DNA of 64,000 nt from Selaginella moellendorffii (lineage: Eukaryota > Plantae > Lycopodiophyta). Within the stretch, counting starts at the first letter, position 1, and each line of letters begins with the position of its first letter. The stretch is from assembly GCF_000143415.4 (NCBI RefSeq), contig NW_003314301.1, forward strand, positions 1,480,981-1,544,980. The letters run 5' to 3'. Under the pieces are notes generated by a model that was given only the letters and a program-made list of their open reading frames with translations, did not search any database and was not told the origin of the DNA. A program made the position numbers and the translations under genes. Below, in pieces: positions 1-12,687 of this stretch.

Positions 1-3000
1 AAGAGCTTTTGAATGGTATAATACTCTAAAGGATTTTGTACCATATGACGAGAAACTTGAACAATTCAAGGAACAGTTCCCAGCCAGAGGAACACCGAAG
101 GAGCATTATGAGCAAATTAAGAATATAAAACAACAACCAAAGGAAGGAATTCAAGACTATACTAGATAATTCAAATTACATGCAAAGAAATATAAACATT
201 TAATCACCAACAAAGGCAAGAGTTTATCTTACATACAAGGATTAAGAGAAGCCTATTGAAACATGATAACCTTGGCTGATACACCTGATGAAGAAAGTGT
301 TGATTCACTATCTCAAGGAATTTTAAAACTTGAGAAACACTTTAAGCAATTCACTAAAGGTGAATCTTCTTATACTAATGATGACTTGGATGATGAAGAG
401 GAAGAAATACTAATCAAAACCAAAAAACAATAGACACAAGATAAAGACATTAAACATGTATTAAAGAAGTTAGCTTTAACCGAGCTTAAACAAGGAGTAT
501 TTTGTACAAAATGCAAAAATGAAGGACATTCTATTTCAACTGCAAATTCTATTTACCTAAATATCATACTTGTGATAGAGAAGGACATATAGCTAAGAAT
601 TGTCGATATAGAAATACCACTGAAGTTTCAAGAGTGGAAAATGTTCAAAGAGAACCACCACGACAAAATTATTAAAGAAAAAACAACAACGAACAAAGAC
701 TACCAAGAGACTATTATTACAAAGATAATCAACAATATAATCAAGGATATAATTGTGGATATAATCCCCCACAAAATCAAAGCTATAGTTAAGCACAAAA
801 CAATTATAGAGGCAATTACAACCAATAACAATACAATGAACATTTCAACAATTATTAACATCCACAAGGGAACAATTACAACCAAAGTCAACAAAGGCAA
901 TATAACACTTTTAACAATCAAGCATTATAACAAAATTATCCACCAAGACAAATGAACCACAAGAAAATCAATCTAAACAACAATACAATCCATAAAACCA
1001 AAGAGTCAATTAAGCTTCTGTTGGAAGACCACTAGCAGCACAAGCAGTCCAAGTAGAAGTTAATATTGAATATGAAAAAAAAGTAATGACTAAAAAACCA
1101 GAAGTCTTAGCAATCACAAGAACACAATATGAATGTCAACAACTTCATAATTATGAAGAACAAGATGAAAGTGATCAAGCATTAGAAATTAAAAATACAG
1201 AATGGATAAAAAGTAAAAAAATACTTCAAACCATTCAACAAGAGCTTTAAAACAAAGATCCCAAAATTATTAATGATCAAATATACAATCAAGATGACCA
1301 AACTCAAGTATTAAGATTTACTCAAGATGAGCATACAACTATTGCTGAGCACATATTACAACAAGGAATTACTTTAACCCTACAACAAATACTACAAATA
1401 GCACCATATATAAAAGACCAAATCTTAAAGATATGTAATCAAAGGATCCCTGAAGCTCGCACACAAGGAAAACACCAATCTCAATCAACACAACAAAAAC
1501 ATACTAAAAGAATCCAACCGGTGATTATGATGATAATGTACCTTGTATCAATTGAAGGAGCTATTCTTGATGGAGGTTCTAGGGTTAACATCATTATGCA
1601 CTATACAAAGCCTTAGGACTTGGCAATATACAAACTACACCATTCAATATATGCATGGCTGATCAAAGAGTTGTCAGATTATCAGGCATTATATATGATG
1701 TCTCTATGACAATCAAAGGACATAAATTTACAGTTAACTTTATTGTGTTAAAAATGTCAATTGAAGAATCTTTTTATGAGATCTTGCTAGGTAGAACTTA
1801 GCTTAATAAAGCTGTTTATGCATAATATTGGATGGAACATGAGATATATATACAATCCCAAAAAGGACAAACTAAAATATCAATATTGAAGAGCAAGAAA
1901 ATCTTGAGAAGTTTCTGATCAACACATGTTCAAAAGTACAATTGGCAAGAAGACTTAGATGATCTTGAAGAAGCTAAATTATTTGAAGCATATCTTGAAC
2001 TTAAAGCAATCCAAGAAATTGACCTCAACAGGATACTTCCTGTATCCAAGTGTCAAGACTGTGAAGATTCAAAACAACTAAATTTAAAGACGATAAATAC
2101 AACAAAAACCACCATACAAAAAGCAAGACCAACAATACAACCAGAACAACTACAAACTACAGAATATCACTTAAATATATAATGCAAACTAACTCTCACC
2201 ACCAAAAATCAAGAATTCAAAAATCATGTAAATATCAATAAAGACAGTGAAAAATTAAATCTAGGGACTCCCTCAAACCTATATAACGTCTTAATAGCTA
2301 CACAACTCGATAAAACTTTTAAACTTAATACTATTGAACTCCTTACTAAGTATAAAGATGTCTTTTCTTGGTTATATAAAGACCTCAAAGGTATACCACT
2401 TGATTTATGTACATATCAAATCAAATTACTTCCAGGAATTCGACCCATTAAACAAACTATTTATCGGATGAATTTAACATTCACTGAAAAAATAAAAGCT
2501 GAAATCAACAAACTCCTTAAAACAGGATTTATATATCCAATACAAAATGCCCAATAGCTATCACCTTTAGTCATTGTACCCAAGACAAATGAGAAATTAC
2601 GTATTTGTGTGAACTCCAAGAAATTAAATGATGCCACTACAAAAGATGCCTTTCCCATACCATTTCAGATCAAATACTCAATGCCATAATTGGTTATGAG
2701 CTGTACTCATTTCTTGATGGTTTTTCAGACTACAATTAAGTACACATAGCTATCGAAGATTAACATAAAATAACTTTTATAAGTCTATGGGGAGCATATG
2801 CATACATGCAAATGCCATTTGGATTAACCAATGCCCCATTTACCTTTCAATAGATTAATACTGATACCTTCCAAGATTATTTGATAGATTTTATGAAAGT
2901 CTTTATGGATGACTTTAGTGTTTTTAGACCTAAAGAAAAACACCTTGAATACCTTGAGAAATGTTTTATCAAATGCAGACAAACCCAAGTTGTTTTTAAT

Positions 3001-4975
3001 CCTGAAAAATATACTTTCTTTATTAAATCAGGAATACTACTTAGCCATATTATTTCCACTCAAGGCATTCCAATCGATAAAGCTAAAACCAACATCATTA
3101 TGAAAATGCAACCACCTAATGATCTCAAAAGTTTGAGAAGTTTTCTGGGCAAGATGGGTTACCATTGAATATTTATCAAGAACTATGCCAAAGTAGCTAA
3201 ACCATTAACTAATTTATTCAAGAAAGACAAATTCTATCACTGGACTCAAGAATGTTAGCAAGAATTCTTGATAATCAAAAATAAACTTACATAGGCACTA
3301 ATTCTCATCCAACCAATCTGAACTCAAGAATTTTTTATACAAGTTGATGCCTTTGACTATGTGCTAGGAGCAATTCTTTACCAACGAAAAGATGATAATT
3401 GTGATCACCCCATATATTATGCAAATTGACAACCTTCTCCACCCGAAATGAATTATACAACTACAGAAAAAGAAGCTTTAAGCATGATATATGCCTTAAC
3501 CAAATTTTGACACTATTTACTTTCCAACAAAGTAAAAATATTTGTCGATCATCAAGCATTGATTCATCTACTTAACAAACCCATCCTTAGTGGAAGAATA
3601 GCAAGATGGTTTTTGTTATTACAAAAATTTAATTTCCAGATAATTCACAAACTTGGCAAATACCATGAACAAGCTAATCGTCTCAGCAGAATTACAACCG
3701 GGGAAAATATACAAGACCCCAACAATGACTTACCCGATTCACATCTTTTTAAGATTACCACCCACAATACACTTCAAAAAATCTGTTATTATTTAACAAC
3801 TACAAAAGTTCCCACATCATGTACCACGAAAGATCAAAGAAAAAAATTCATCTTGAGGACACGATGATACTTAGTTGTCAGAGGAAAACTTCATAAAATT
3901 GGACATAATAATATATTAAGAAGATGTGTAAGTCACAAAAAGAAATACAAGAGTTACTAGAAGAAGCCCATACAAGTTGTTCTAATGGGCATTTTGCAAA
4001 AGAAATTACAGCAAGAAAATATTGCAAGCAGGCTTATGGTGGCCTACATTATAGAAAGACACTTCACAGTTTTATAAAATTTGTGATATTTATTAATGTA
4101 CAAAATTTCCACCCAAGAAACAAACACAAGAACTAAATCTGACTATAGCAATAGAACCTTTCCAACAATGGGGCTTAGATTTTGTAGAACTTATACAAAA
4201 GAGCAGCAATGAAAATCAATATATTTTAGTGGCAATAGATTTTATGACAAAATGGGCAGAAGCTCAACTACTCAAGAAAGCGACAATAAAGAATACAACT
4301 AAGTTTCTTTATAAAATGATTATCACAAGATATAAATTACTTCAAGAAATAGTACCGGATAGAGGAACACATTTCCTCAATGAAACAATCAAGATTTTAC
4401 TAGATGAATTCATCATTAAACATAAGAAATCTACACCATATTATCCACAGTGCAATGGTCAAGCCAAATCCACAAACAAAACACTCAAGAATATACTAAA
4501 GAAAATAGTGCAAACCAATCTTAAAGATTGGGATAATAGAGTTTATAATGCTCTTTGGGCTTATGGAACAGCATATAAAGTTTCAATAAATTCAACTCCA
4601 TTCAAATTGAAGCTTTGACACCACTAGAATATACTATACCATCCTTGAGAATGGCAATTCAGCTGCAAATTAATCAAGAAGAATCAATCAAAAAAAGATT
4701 GGCTATGCTAGAAAAGTTAGATGAAGAAAGATTATATACTTTATGGACAATTGAAACCATACAAGCAAAAAGAAAAACTTATCACGATAGGAAATAAACT
4801 ATAAAGAAAATGTTCTATGGTATAAAGGAAATGTCGACAAAATGAGAGGCAAATTGGTACATCAATGGGAAGGACCATTCAAGATCACAAATATGCAAAC
4901 ACCCATCATAGCTCACTTAGGGACAAGAAATTCAAATAGTCAATCTCAACAAATTGAGAAAATATCAAGAACCAA
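1..4975 (+). mobile_element. Degenerate Ty3/Gypsy LTR retrotransposon internal region (gag-PR-RT-RNaseH-INT), many stops/frameshifts; runs off the left edge
   Basis: Gag zinc-knuckle remnant CTKCKNEGH (~503); protease ILDGGSRVNII (~1563); RT motifs SPLVIVPK, LRICV, MPFGLTNAP, VFMDDF (2550-2915); RNase H VDA..Y.LGAIL and NYTTTEKEAL (~3340-3480); integrase WGLDFV, DRGTHF, STPYYPQCNGQA (4165-4470); GPY/F-like WEGPF (~4866). PR-RT-RH-INT order is Gypsy; VFMDD is typical of non-chromovirus (Athila/Tat-like) lineages. Confidence 0.93.
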
Positions 4976-4979
4976 GCAT

Positions 4980-6420
4980 AGCATATATGCAAGCCACGCA
5001 CGCCATGCTGGAATTGACTACCAATGAAACCAATACAACTCATGTTGCACACAAAACAGTTCCACAACAATCACAAAACATAAAACTTCCCCTAAGCAAG
5101 ATTTCCATACCTGCTTTAGCCCACTTTACCAACAGAGTTTTTAGATACTCATGTTGGCTGATGGTTTGATATACTGCTTTAACATGGCCAAGAGCATGCC
5201 AAGTCTGATTGCCATCTCCATGAACAACTTCCCATCTCTTCAATCACCTTGGATATAAACTCGCACAAGTCCTTGAAGCAACTCTGCAGCTGCAAGAGCA
5301 TTCTGTCCTTGGAAAATCCTGACAATAGTCTTCATATATTGTGGCACTGTGACAATGTCCAGTCCAATGAGGCAGACCACCCTGGAGTAAACAAGTTGAT
5401 ATCCTTTACAAGGAGCTTCTTAGCCAGCTACTAGACCTTGTTCCCGTCTCGACACAACTCATTTGTGTGGGTCTGTATCGCATGCATGGCCAACTAGCAC
5501 GCTCTTCCCCCATCAACCAGATTGGGTCATAAATCTTGTTCACGCTACTTAACAGCCTTGCTCTCAAGCTTCGATTGTCCTTGTATGATCTAGCTATAAA
5601 GTTTGCTGCAAAGGCCCAAAGAATCAACAGTCTCATTTGCATAGAGCAGCAGGAATTTGTCAGCAGCCCATGGCTGTCGTAGAATGTTCCCATATGCCTT
5701 TACATCTTTATTAACATGCAGAGGTATATTGACAAGAGATTTGGTGTGCCTTCATCTCTGAGACAATTCCTTCTAGACTAGATCCATGCTTGGCAACCCC
5801 TAGAGGATCTGTTGAACTTTAAGAGGGTGCTAGCCAGAAGCACAATAACATCTGACTCATCCCAACTTTCCAGAATGGCTACAAACTGCTTGGTGCAATG
5901 AGAAAAGCCCATGCTCAGGCAGGATACATACAAGACGTGCATGCCTACATGCCAAAGCTCACACACAAGTCAAGACTTGCACCTAAATCAAAGGTGCCAA
6001 AAGAATGTATTTCATTTCCCATATCTCAAGCATGTCACCCCCAGCTGTAATAAATCTTCCACACAGTCCATCGTTGTCAACTGTGATGATCCTTTTCCTC
6101 CCAAAGGCCATTCTTGTTTTCCAAGAGATGGAATAACAAGTTTTTCAAGCAAGCAGCTTTACACTGGCTGCTCTCCTTCAGGGATTCTAGGATAAGCATG
6201 TTCAACACAATTAACTAGAGTTTCTGTGTTCTACTGGAGGAAATGTTCTGACCAAGAACAATCTATTTGTTGCTACAGCATTTATGAAATGCTTTGAATG
6301 ACACCATACTGGATTAATAAGTAGAAATAACACTACTAGCATGTGCACGTTTTAGGCATGGTCCTAGTAGCAGCTGTCAACCATGCCAAAGAGCTGATGG
6401 TTCGATTGCAAGCTGTTTCA
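4980..6420 (-). pseudogene. Possible decayed coding sequence of unknown family
   Basis: Abrupt shift to ~43% GC with several short colinear minus-strand protein-like segments separated by stops/frameshifts; no recognisable domain. Confidence 0.25.
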
Positions 6421-6563
6421 TGTATGGTGGAATTTTGAGATCTACTAGACTCAAGGGAATATTTTGTTCATAATGTCCTTATGTCCGAAAGCCAGCATAT
6501 GACACTCTCTTGTGCTGAATCTATTGCAACCATTGTCACTCCACTCTGTGGCAAGCAAGGAGC

Positions 6564-6617
6564 GGATATTGGGGGATGGTGTTCCTCTTATTTTGGGCCA
6601 TCTTAAGGATGCTAAGG
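6564..6617 (+). repeat. Short remnant related to the interior of the 57921-60735 LTR
   Basis: ggatattgggggatggtgttcctcttattttgggccatcttaaggatgctaagg aligns with ggttattggggaaggctattccccttgtccgtgggcatcctaaggatgctaagg at ~59745-59798. Confidence 0.55.
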
Positions 6618-7807
6618 TGCACTATAGGACTCCTACTAATATTGAATCAAATAAAATATATAAACTGTGGAGATATTTAATCATATTATAAGTTTTTAAT
6701 TCTAAATTCACCAAGTACTGAAATCATGTCAACAAGAAAGACCAGATTTATATCAGTTTTTCAATATATTATATTTATTTAATTTAATTTTTCAGAAAGA
6801 AAATCCATTAAGGATTCAGAAAGAAATTTCAATATTTGGAAGTAGGCAAACACTTGCAACTTGCTATGCAGCAGTTCTCCTAAAACTCTAAAGCACTACT
6901 TGCATTTACTTGTGTTGAGTTAAACTCAACTCAACTTTGGACAAAACAAAAGGAAAATATCCTCACCAAGAACATTGCTATAATAAAAACTAGACTCCAG
7001 ATCGTAGTGACACTAGATTCAATAGGTAGCCTATAGGAAAACCAGGAGAAGAAAGGAGAGAAACAAAAGCCTACCTTGCTTATTCTTCAATTTAAGAACA
7101 CAAAGCTACTGTGCTCTTGCCATTAGGTTGACACTCGTTAATCTTAGAAGTCGCTAGAGAATATTGCCATTCTAGTACTTACTCAAAAGGGGAAAGAAAG
7201 AAACAACTTAAGTAGTGGGAAGAACACAAAAGCACTGCTCCAAAAAGAAAAGAAAAGAACTCCTTGATTCGGTGTTCCAAATCTTTAATCAATGGTAGCT
7301 CCCCCTCCCTGTTAAAGCTGTCCTTGTGGATCTTGGAAACCTTCTTTACGACTTCACGACATTATCCTTGTGTCGTAGCGCCCAGCTTATGCAATGGGAT
7401 GACAATCCAGCAAAACTCACACCCTTTGTTCCCTTGGCTCACCCAGTACTGCGTGCACAAGATCTAGTCGAGAATCAAGCAGTCAAGCAGCCTGAGAAAT
7501 TAGGGTTTAGGTGCCTTAAAATGGCACCATTTAGGTGATCTGATGTTCTAGTCTTTCGTCGATCGTTTCGAGATTGCCATGGGTTGATTGTCATGGAGGA
7601 GAGTTTTTTCTCCTAGATAAGGCAAGAGATTGCAGAGAAGAGGAATCACAAGCTTGCTTGTCTATGACAAGAAAAACAGGATTTCTAGAAGAAGCCAACC
7701 TCGCTCGAGGCCGAGAAGAAAGAGCTCAAAAAAAGGCTAGAGATGAGTTTTTCTCTCGGACCTGGGCCAAAATCCAAGCACGATGGTGGAAAACTACAAA
7801 GGAAAAC

Positions 7808-9903
7808 TAATCTTGAGATGGTTACAATTCCACCATCTGTTGTGCAAGGGCACATCACTCTTCACAAACCACCTGTGCAGCAGGAGGAGCCCACTGAGCA
7901 ACACCAGCCTCAACAGCAGCTTGCTGTGCCATAGCAGTTTGCAGAGTAGCAACAGCCTCCACCACTGCAGCCTGTTGAGCAGCACCAACTTTCACTGCCA
8001 CAGCTTGCTGAGCAGCAATAGCTTGCCAAGGAGCCATCTCCATCACAGCAGTTTGTCAAGGAGCAAATATTTCTACAACAACCAGCAAAGCTACATTAGC
8101 CAGATGAGGAGCAGCCACCTTTGCCACAGCAGCCACCCAAGCTACAGCAGCTTGCTGAGCCACACCACAATCTGCAGTAACAATTGGCACCACCACAATC
8201 TGAGCACTGACGACATGCAGCCATCTGATTCAGCAATGCATTACCAATTTCTTCACAAACGCATGAACACCAAACATGAATCACTATGATAAATATGCCA
8301 CCAACAATGTTCCAATCGAAGTAGAGGAGCAGCTGTAATCGAAAGTGTACCATACCATGCCTACAAACTTTTTGGAGCAGTACCATAACTCTAATATGGC
8401 GGTGCACATGTGGGACGGCATGGAGAGCTTCTTTTGCAACATTTTTGCACGACCAAATGAAAAGAAGTTGGTGAGCATGGCTCAAGAACTCGATCAGGTA
8501 AAGGGAATCTTTTGCACTATGCAGACTCACGAACTCCCAACACCAAACACCTGCTAAGAATCTTTTGAGTTAGCGTAGTAGTACCAACTCAATAATGCTC
8601 GCCTCACCAAAGAAAACATAGAGTTCAAGGCTTGGCTTCAAGTGCTTAAGATTGCCATTAATAACTACACTCACGACGAGCTTGAGAACTACAAAGAAGA
8701 ATTAGAGGCTAACAATACAACTGCCACTACCACCATAATGGAAGCTTGAGTCACAAGAGCTACCCAACTCTAGTCGTCAGAGAGTAGAGAGGTACATGCA
8801 TTTTGCATTGTAATTTTTGCAAAGGCACTTCTTAAGTTAGGAATTTAGACCAAGAGAAATCCTAATCTCAATTTCTAACTTAGGAAATGCCTTTGCAAAA
8901 ATCACGATGCAAAATGCATATACCTTTATTCTCTGACGACTAAAGTTGAGCAGCTCCTGCGGCTCAAGCTTCTATTATGGTGGTAGTGGCAGTTATGTTG
9001 TTAGCCTCTAGTTCTTCCTCGTAGTCCTTGAGCTCGTTGCAAGTGTAGTTCTTAATGACAATCTCAAGCACTTGAACCTGGGTCTTGAGCTCCATGTTTT
9101 CTTTGGTGAGGCAAGCATTATCAAGTTGGTACTGCTACGCTAACTCGAAAGATTCTTGGCAGGTATTTAGTGTTGGGAGTCCATGAGTCTACATAGTGCG
9201 AAGGATTCCCTTTACTTAATTGAGTTCTTGAGCCATGCTGGCCAACTTCCCCTTGTGTGGTCATGCAAAAACATTGCGAAAGAAGCTCTCCATGCCATCC
9301 TGCATGTGCACTACAATATTAGAGTTATGGTACTGCTCCAAAAAGTTTGTAGGCATGGTATGGTACACTTTCAGTTGCAGCTACTCCTCTGCTTCGATTG
9401 AAATGTTGTTGATGACATATTTATCATAGTGATTCGTGCTTGGTGCTTGATGCTCATGCGCTTGTAAGGAAACTAGTAATGCATTGCTGAATGAAGCAGC
9501 TACATGTTGTTGGTGCTGATGTCTAGCACAAATGTTTGTATGTGCTCAGACTGTGGTGGTGCCAGTTGCTGCAAGCTGCTGTAGCTTGGTTGGCTGCTGT
9601 GGCAAAGCTAGCTGCTCCTTAGCAGGCTGATGTAGCTCTACTAGTTGCTGCAATAGAACAGCTGCTCCTCAGCAAGCTGCTGTGGTGGAGATAGCTGCTC
9701 GGCAAGCTATGGCAGCGAAGGTTGGTGCTGCTCAATGGGCTACAGTAGTGGAGGCTGCTACTACTTTGCAAACTGCTGTGGCACGGCAGGCTGCTATTGA
9801 GGCTGGTGTTGCTCAAGAGGCTGCTCCTACTGCACAGGTGGTTCGTGAAGAGCAATGTGCCCTTGCACAATGGATGGTGGAATAGTAACCGTCTCAGGAT
9901 TTT
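7808..9903. repeat. Long inverted repeat (foldback), arms ~7808-8849 and ~8866-9903, ~16 bp spacer
   Basis: Mirror ORFs (8096..8530- vs 9183..9401+; 7783..8289+ vs 9619..9906-). Centre reads ...tttgcaaaggcacttcttaagttaggaatttaga / tctcaatttctaacttaggaaatgcctttgcaaa...; arms differ mostly by transitions plus small indels. Confidence 0.95.
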
Positions 9904-11111
9904 CAAGAATATCCTGTGTCGGCTGAAAGTGATCGTCCACTGGAATTGTTGTCGTTGGAGATGGAGGTGGCGTTGGTTCGTGCAGTGGCGATGGTGGCAA
10001 ATCCAGCTGTGGTGAGCTTGGAGGTTGCAAGCTCTTCATTGATGGCTGTGTAGGTGCCAAACTCTGCTGCTGTTTTGTTTTGGAGCTGGAGGTTCTTGTT
10101 GGTTGTTGTCGTGTTGGCACCTTGTGCTGGACTGCTTGCACATCACTGTCGTCACTATCAACCTGTGGAGTTCTAATGTTTCTTCAGCCTTGTCCATGTG
10201 TCTTTCTTTGTGGAGTTGCTGTTGCCTTTCACTGGACTTTTTTCTTCTTGGTTGTTCATCAAGTTGTTTTCAGCTTGGCACTTTGAACTTTCTACGGCTG
10301 CGTGCTGCAGAGGCAAAGGTGGTGGATTGTAGATCACCATGGCTCGACTCCTATGTGTGATGATGGCTCAGACATACGGTAGTATCAACGTCCTCACACA
10401 TCTCCCTGCATTGAGATCTACTGTCACCTTCTTAACTTCCTTGTGAAACTTCAGGATCACATATCCTGCTAAATCCACTTTCTTCCCAGCTTGAAGATCC
10501 TCGTAGATGAAGGCCACAGATCTGCTCACTGTCGTTGCAGTCTTCTGGAACTCTAGGTTGAGAACAAAGAACTTGAAAATCTTGTAGAGCTCATCCTTGA
10601 TGTTGGAGAATTGCAAACTAAGTGCCAAGTTGTTGCTCCCAAAATCTTTCATGATGTCGTGATTTAAAGCCCATGTGCGTGGAGTAGAGACTTGCTCGCC
10701 TTCAGCTGGGAGACATAGAGCTGCTACCAACTCCGAATGTTCAAGTTCAACCTAGCCAGTGGTGAGATCCATCAAGTGAGCCCTTTCGTTGCTCACTTGA
10801 TTCATGAGATATCCCACCATTCGTTCTGCAAAGTCGAAGAGGCCATGATTGTGAGTCCAACGCTTGACATCGGCATCGAATTGCCACTCGAGATTTTGAG
10901 GATAACAGTATCTGTCTTGGGTTCGCATTATGTCAACTCTTCGGCTCTGTTGAGAATGCACTTGCACTTTCTTCTTATCTCTCTCGACCAGTGTGTTTCT
11001 TAGAATCTGATGCACTCGTTTGAGATGGGTGAGAGCACCTAGCTGATGATCACTCTCTAGCGCACTTCTGATCTCAAATTTGCTTGCCACTCTCCTCTCG
11101 CTATCAGCCAT
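8940..11111 (-). pseudogene. Disrupted retrotransposon accessory (non gag-pol) ORF: plant-transposon-protein-like N-terminus, P/Q-rich middle, coiled-coil C-terminus
   Basis: ATG at 11111; colinear ORFs 10752..11111, 10368..10730, 9827..10141 split by single stops; motifs GLFDF, LCLPAEG, GKKVDLAGYV, LILPYV resemble extra ORFs of plant Gypsy elements; its 3' half is duplicated in inverted form at 7808-8773. Confidence 0.55.
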
Positions 11112-11879
11112 CAGGGTTAAGGCTAACTCTGTTTCATTGTTTTCTTTATATGCATTTTCACTTAAGTCTTTTCATGAGTGCCCAGAAAAAAAATAATTGA
11201 CTTATTGAGAAAAGCATGAGGTCTTCAAATCCAACTTTCAGAGGGGCTTGACTAAGAAGAATAAAAAGCCGTTCACAATCCCCTAGGTTATAGTTCATAT
11301 TGTCACTGTATAAGGAAGCACTTATCTCTCTCCTTTTTTTCTAGATAACATCAATCGCTGATACATTTGTGAAAACTAACACAGATACTCTAAGAGATGG
11401 GAACCTGTTGGCTGGTGCTAGCATTGGCATTATGACTTAAGGGTGTTCTGCGCTCCAATCTCGCTCATCTCTTGGTTCAATCGCGCGCGCAAATTCTGGA
11501 AGATCGTTTGATCACCATGCCATGCGATTATAGCAGTTCCAGAGTTTAAAGCAAAAGAAAATTACTTCTCTAGATAGATTATTATTGACGCATTCTCTTG
11601 TGGAAGATTTGTTTTTCTCATTCCATAGGAGAAGTTCCAGGTTTGTGAAGACCTCGGAAAATGTGGTGCTCTGGAGGTGCAGAAAAGCCAAGGGAAATTT
11701 GCATAAAAGAGCTCCAACATTCAAGATCGTCTAGATGCCCACTTTGCGAGCATGATCATTCAGGAGAGCGACTCTTGTGAGGGATGTGGATTCGGAGGAT
11801 ACACTGGCCGGACCTTCAACCGTTTAAAGTCCCACGGCTGGAAGAATGAAAATGAATCCTTTGAGTCATATGATAGCTA

Positions 11880-12542
11880 TTGAAATCCTCCCGTCAAGAA
11901 CTTGCTGGGCTTTTCTTGGATCAAACATTCTCGGATTCCGCATGCTTGGACGTGCAATGTGGAGCCGGCAATCCCGAGAATAATCTCGCCGCGTTGTTAA
12001 GCTCATCAGAACGAATATGGCAATCCCGTTTGATTATCGTCCTCTTGATTCCTTCACCCAGTGACTTCGTCTCCAGAGTCCTGGGAAACGCCCCGCCTCC
12101 GCAGACCTGGAATGCCACTCTACTTTCCTCGGCAAATTTCCCAGCTCTGAACACCATGGGCCTCTCCTTCGGCAGAGCCGACCTGGGAGTCGGAGCCGTG
12201 ATCCCGCTGCACTACCACCCCCGAGCATCCGAGCTCTCCTTCATCATGGAAGGAGTCGTGGAACTTGGGTTTGTCGACTCGAGCAACGTCCTGTTTGCCC
12301 AGACCCTCCAGCAGGGAGACGTGATGATCGTTCCCAAAGGCATGCTTCACTACCTATACAATCCTGGCACCAGCAGAGCCACCGTGCTGGCTTCCTTCGG
12401 CAGCCAGAGTCCCGGTATCTTCCCCGCTGGCCTCGGTGTCTTTGGCTCTGGGATTCGAGACGAAGTTATCGCGGCCTCCCTCGGGGGACTGGACCACGCC
12501 ACGGTTGAAGCGCTGAAAGCTAAGTTCAAGCCTCGGTCTTGA
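11880..12542 (+). CDS. Germin-like protein (cupin, ABP19/GLP-like); 5' end uncertain or missing
   Basis: FPALNTMGLS..R.D; germin box 1 PLHYHPRASE; box 2 GDVMIVPKGMLHY; F.SQSPG; C-terminal LKAKF. ORF starts at TTG and no signal peptide is visible. Confidence 0.85.
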   Translation: MKSSRQELAGLFLDQTFSDSACLDVQCGAGNPENNLAALLSSSERIWQSRLIIVLLIPSPSDFVSRVLGNAPPPQTWNATLLSSANFPALNTMGLSFGRADLGVGAVIPLHYHPRASELSFIMEGVVELGFVDSSNVLFAQTLQQGDVMIVPKGMLHYLYNPGTSRATVLASFGSQSPGIFPAGLGVFGSGIRDEVIAASLGGLDHATVEALKAKFKPRS

Positions 12543-12687
12543 TATGTATAAGAGTCGTTCGCTTGGTGATTGATTCAAATAAGCAATCCTTCACTACAAA
12601 ATTAGTTCGTCCATGGGAGAACATCAATCGTACCTATCTTTCCTCATTTTTACTTCTTCGCTCGTGTCTGCTTCATTCCCGCGATGT

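Noticed and set aside
641-955. Ile/Thr/Asn-rich ORF
   Set aside because: Off-frame reading of the low-complexity Q/N/Y-rich gag tail.
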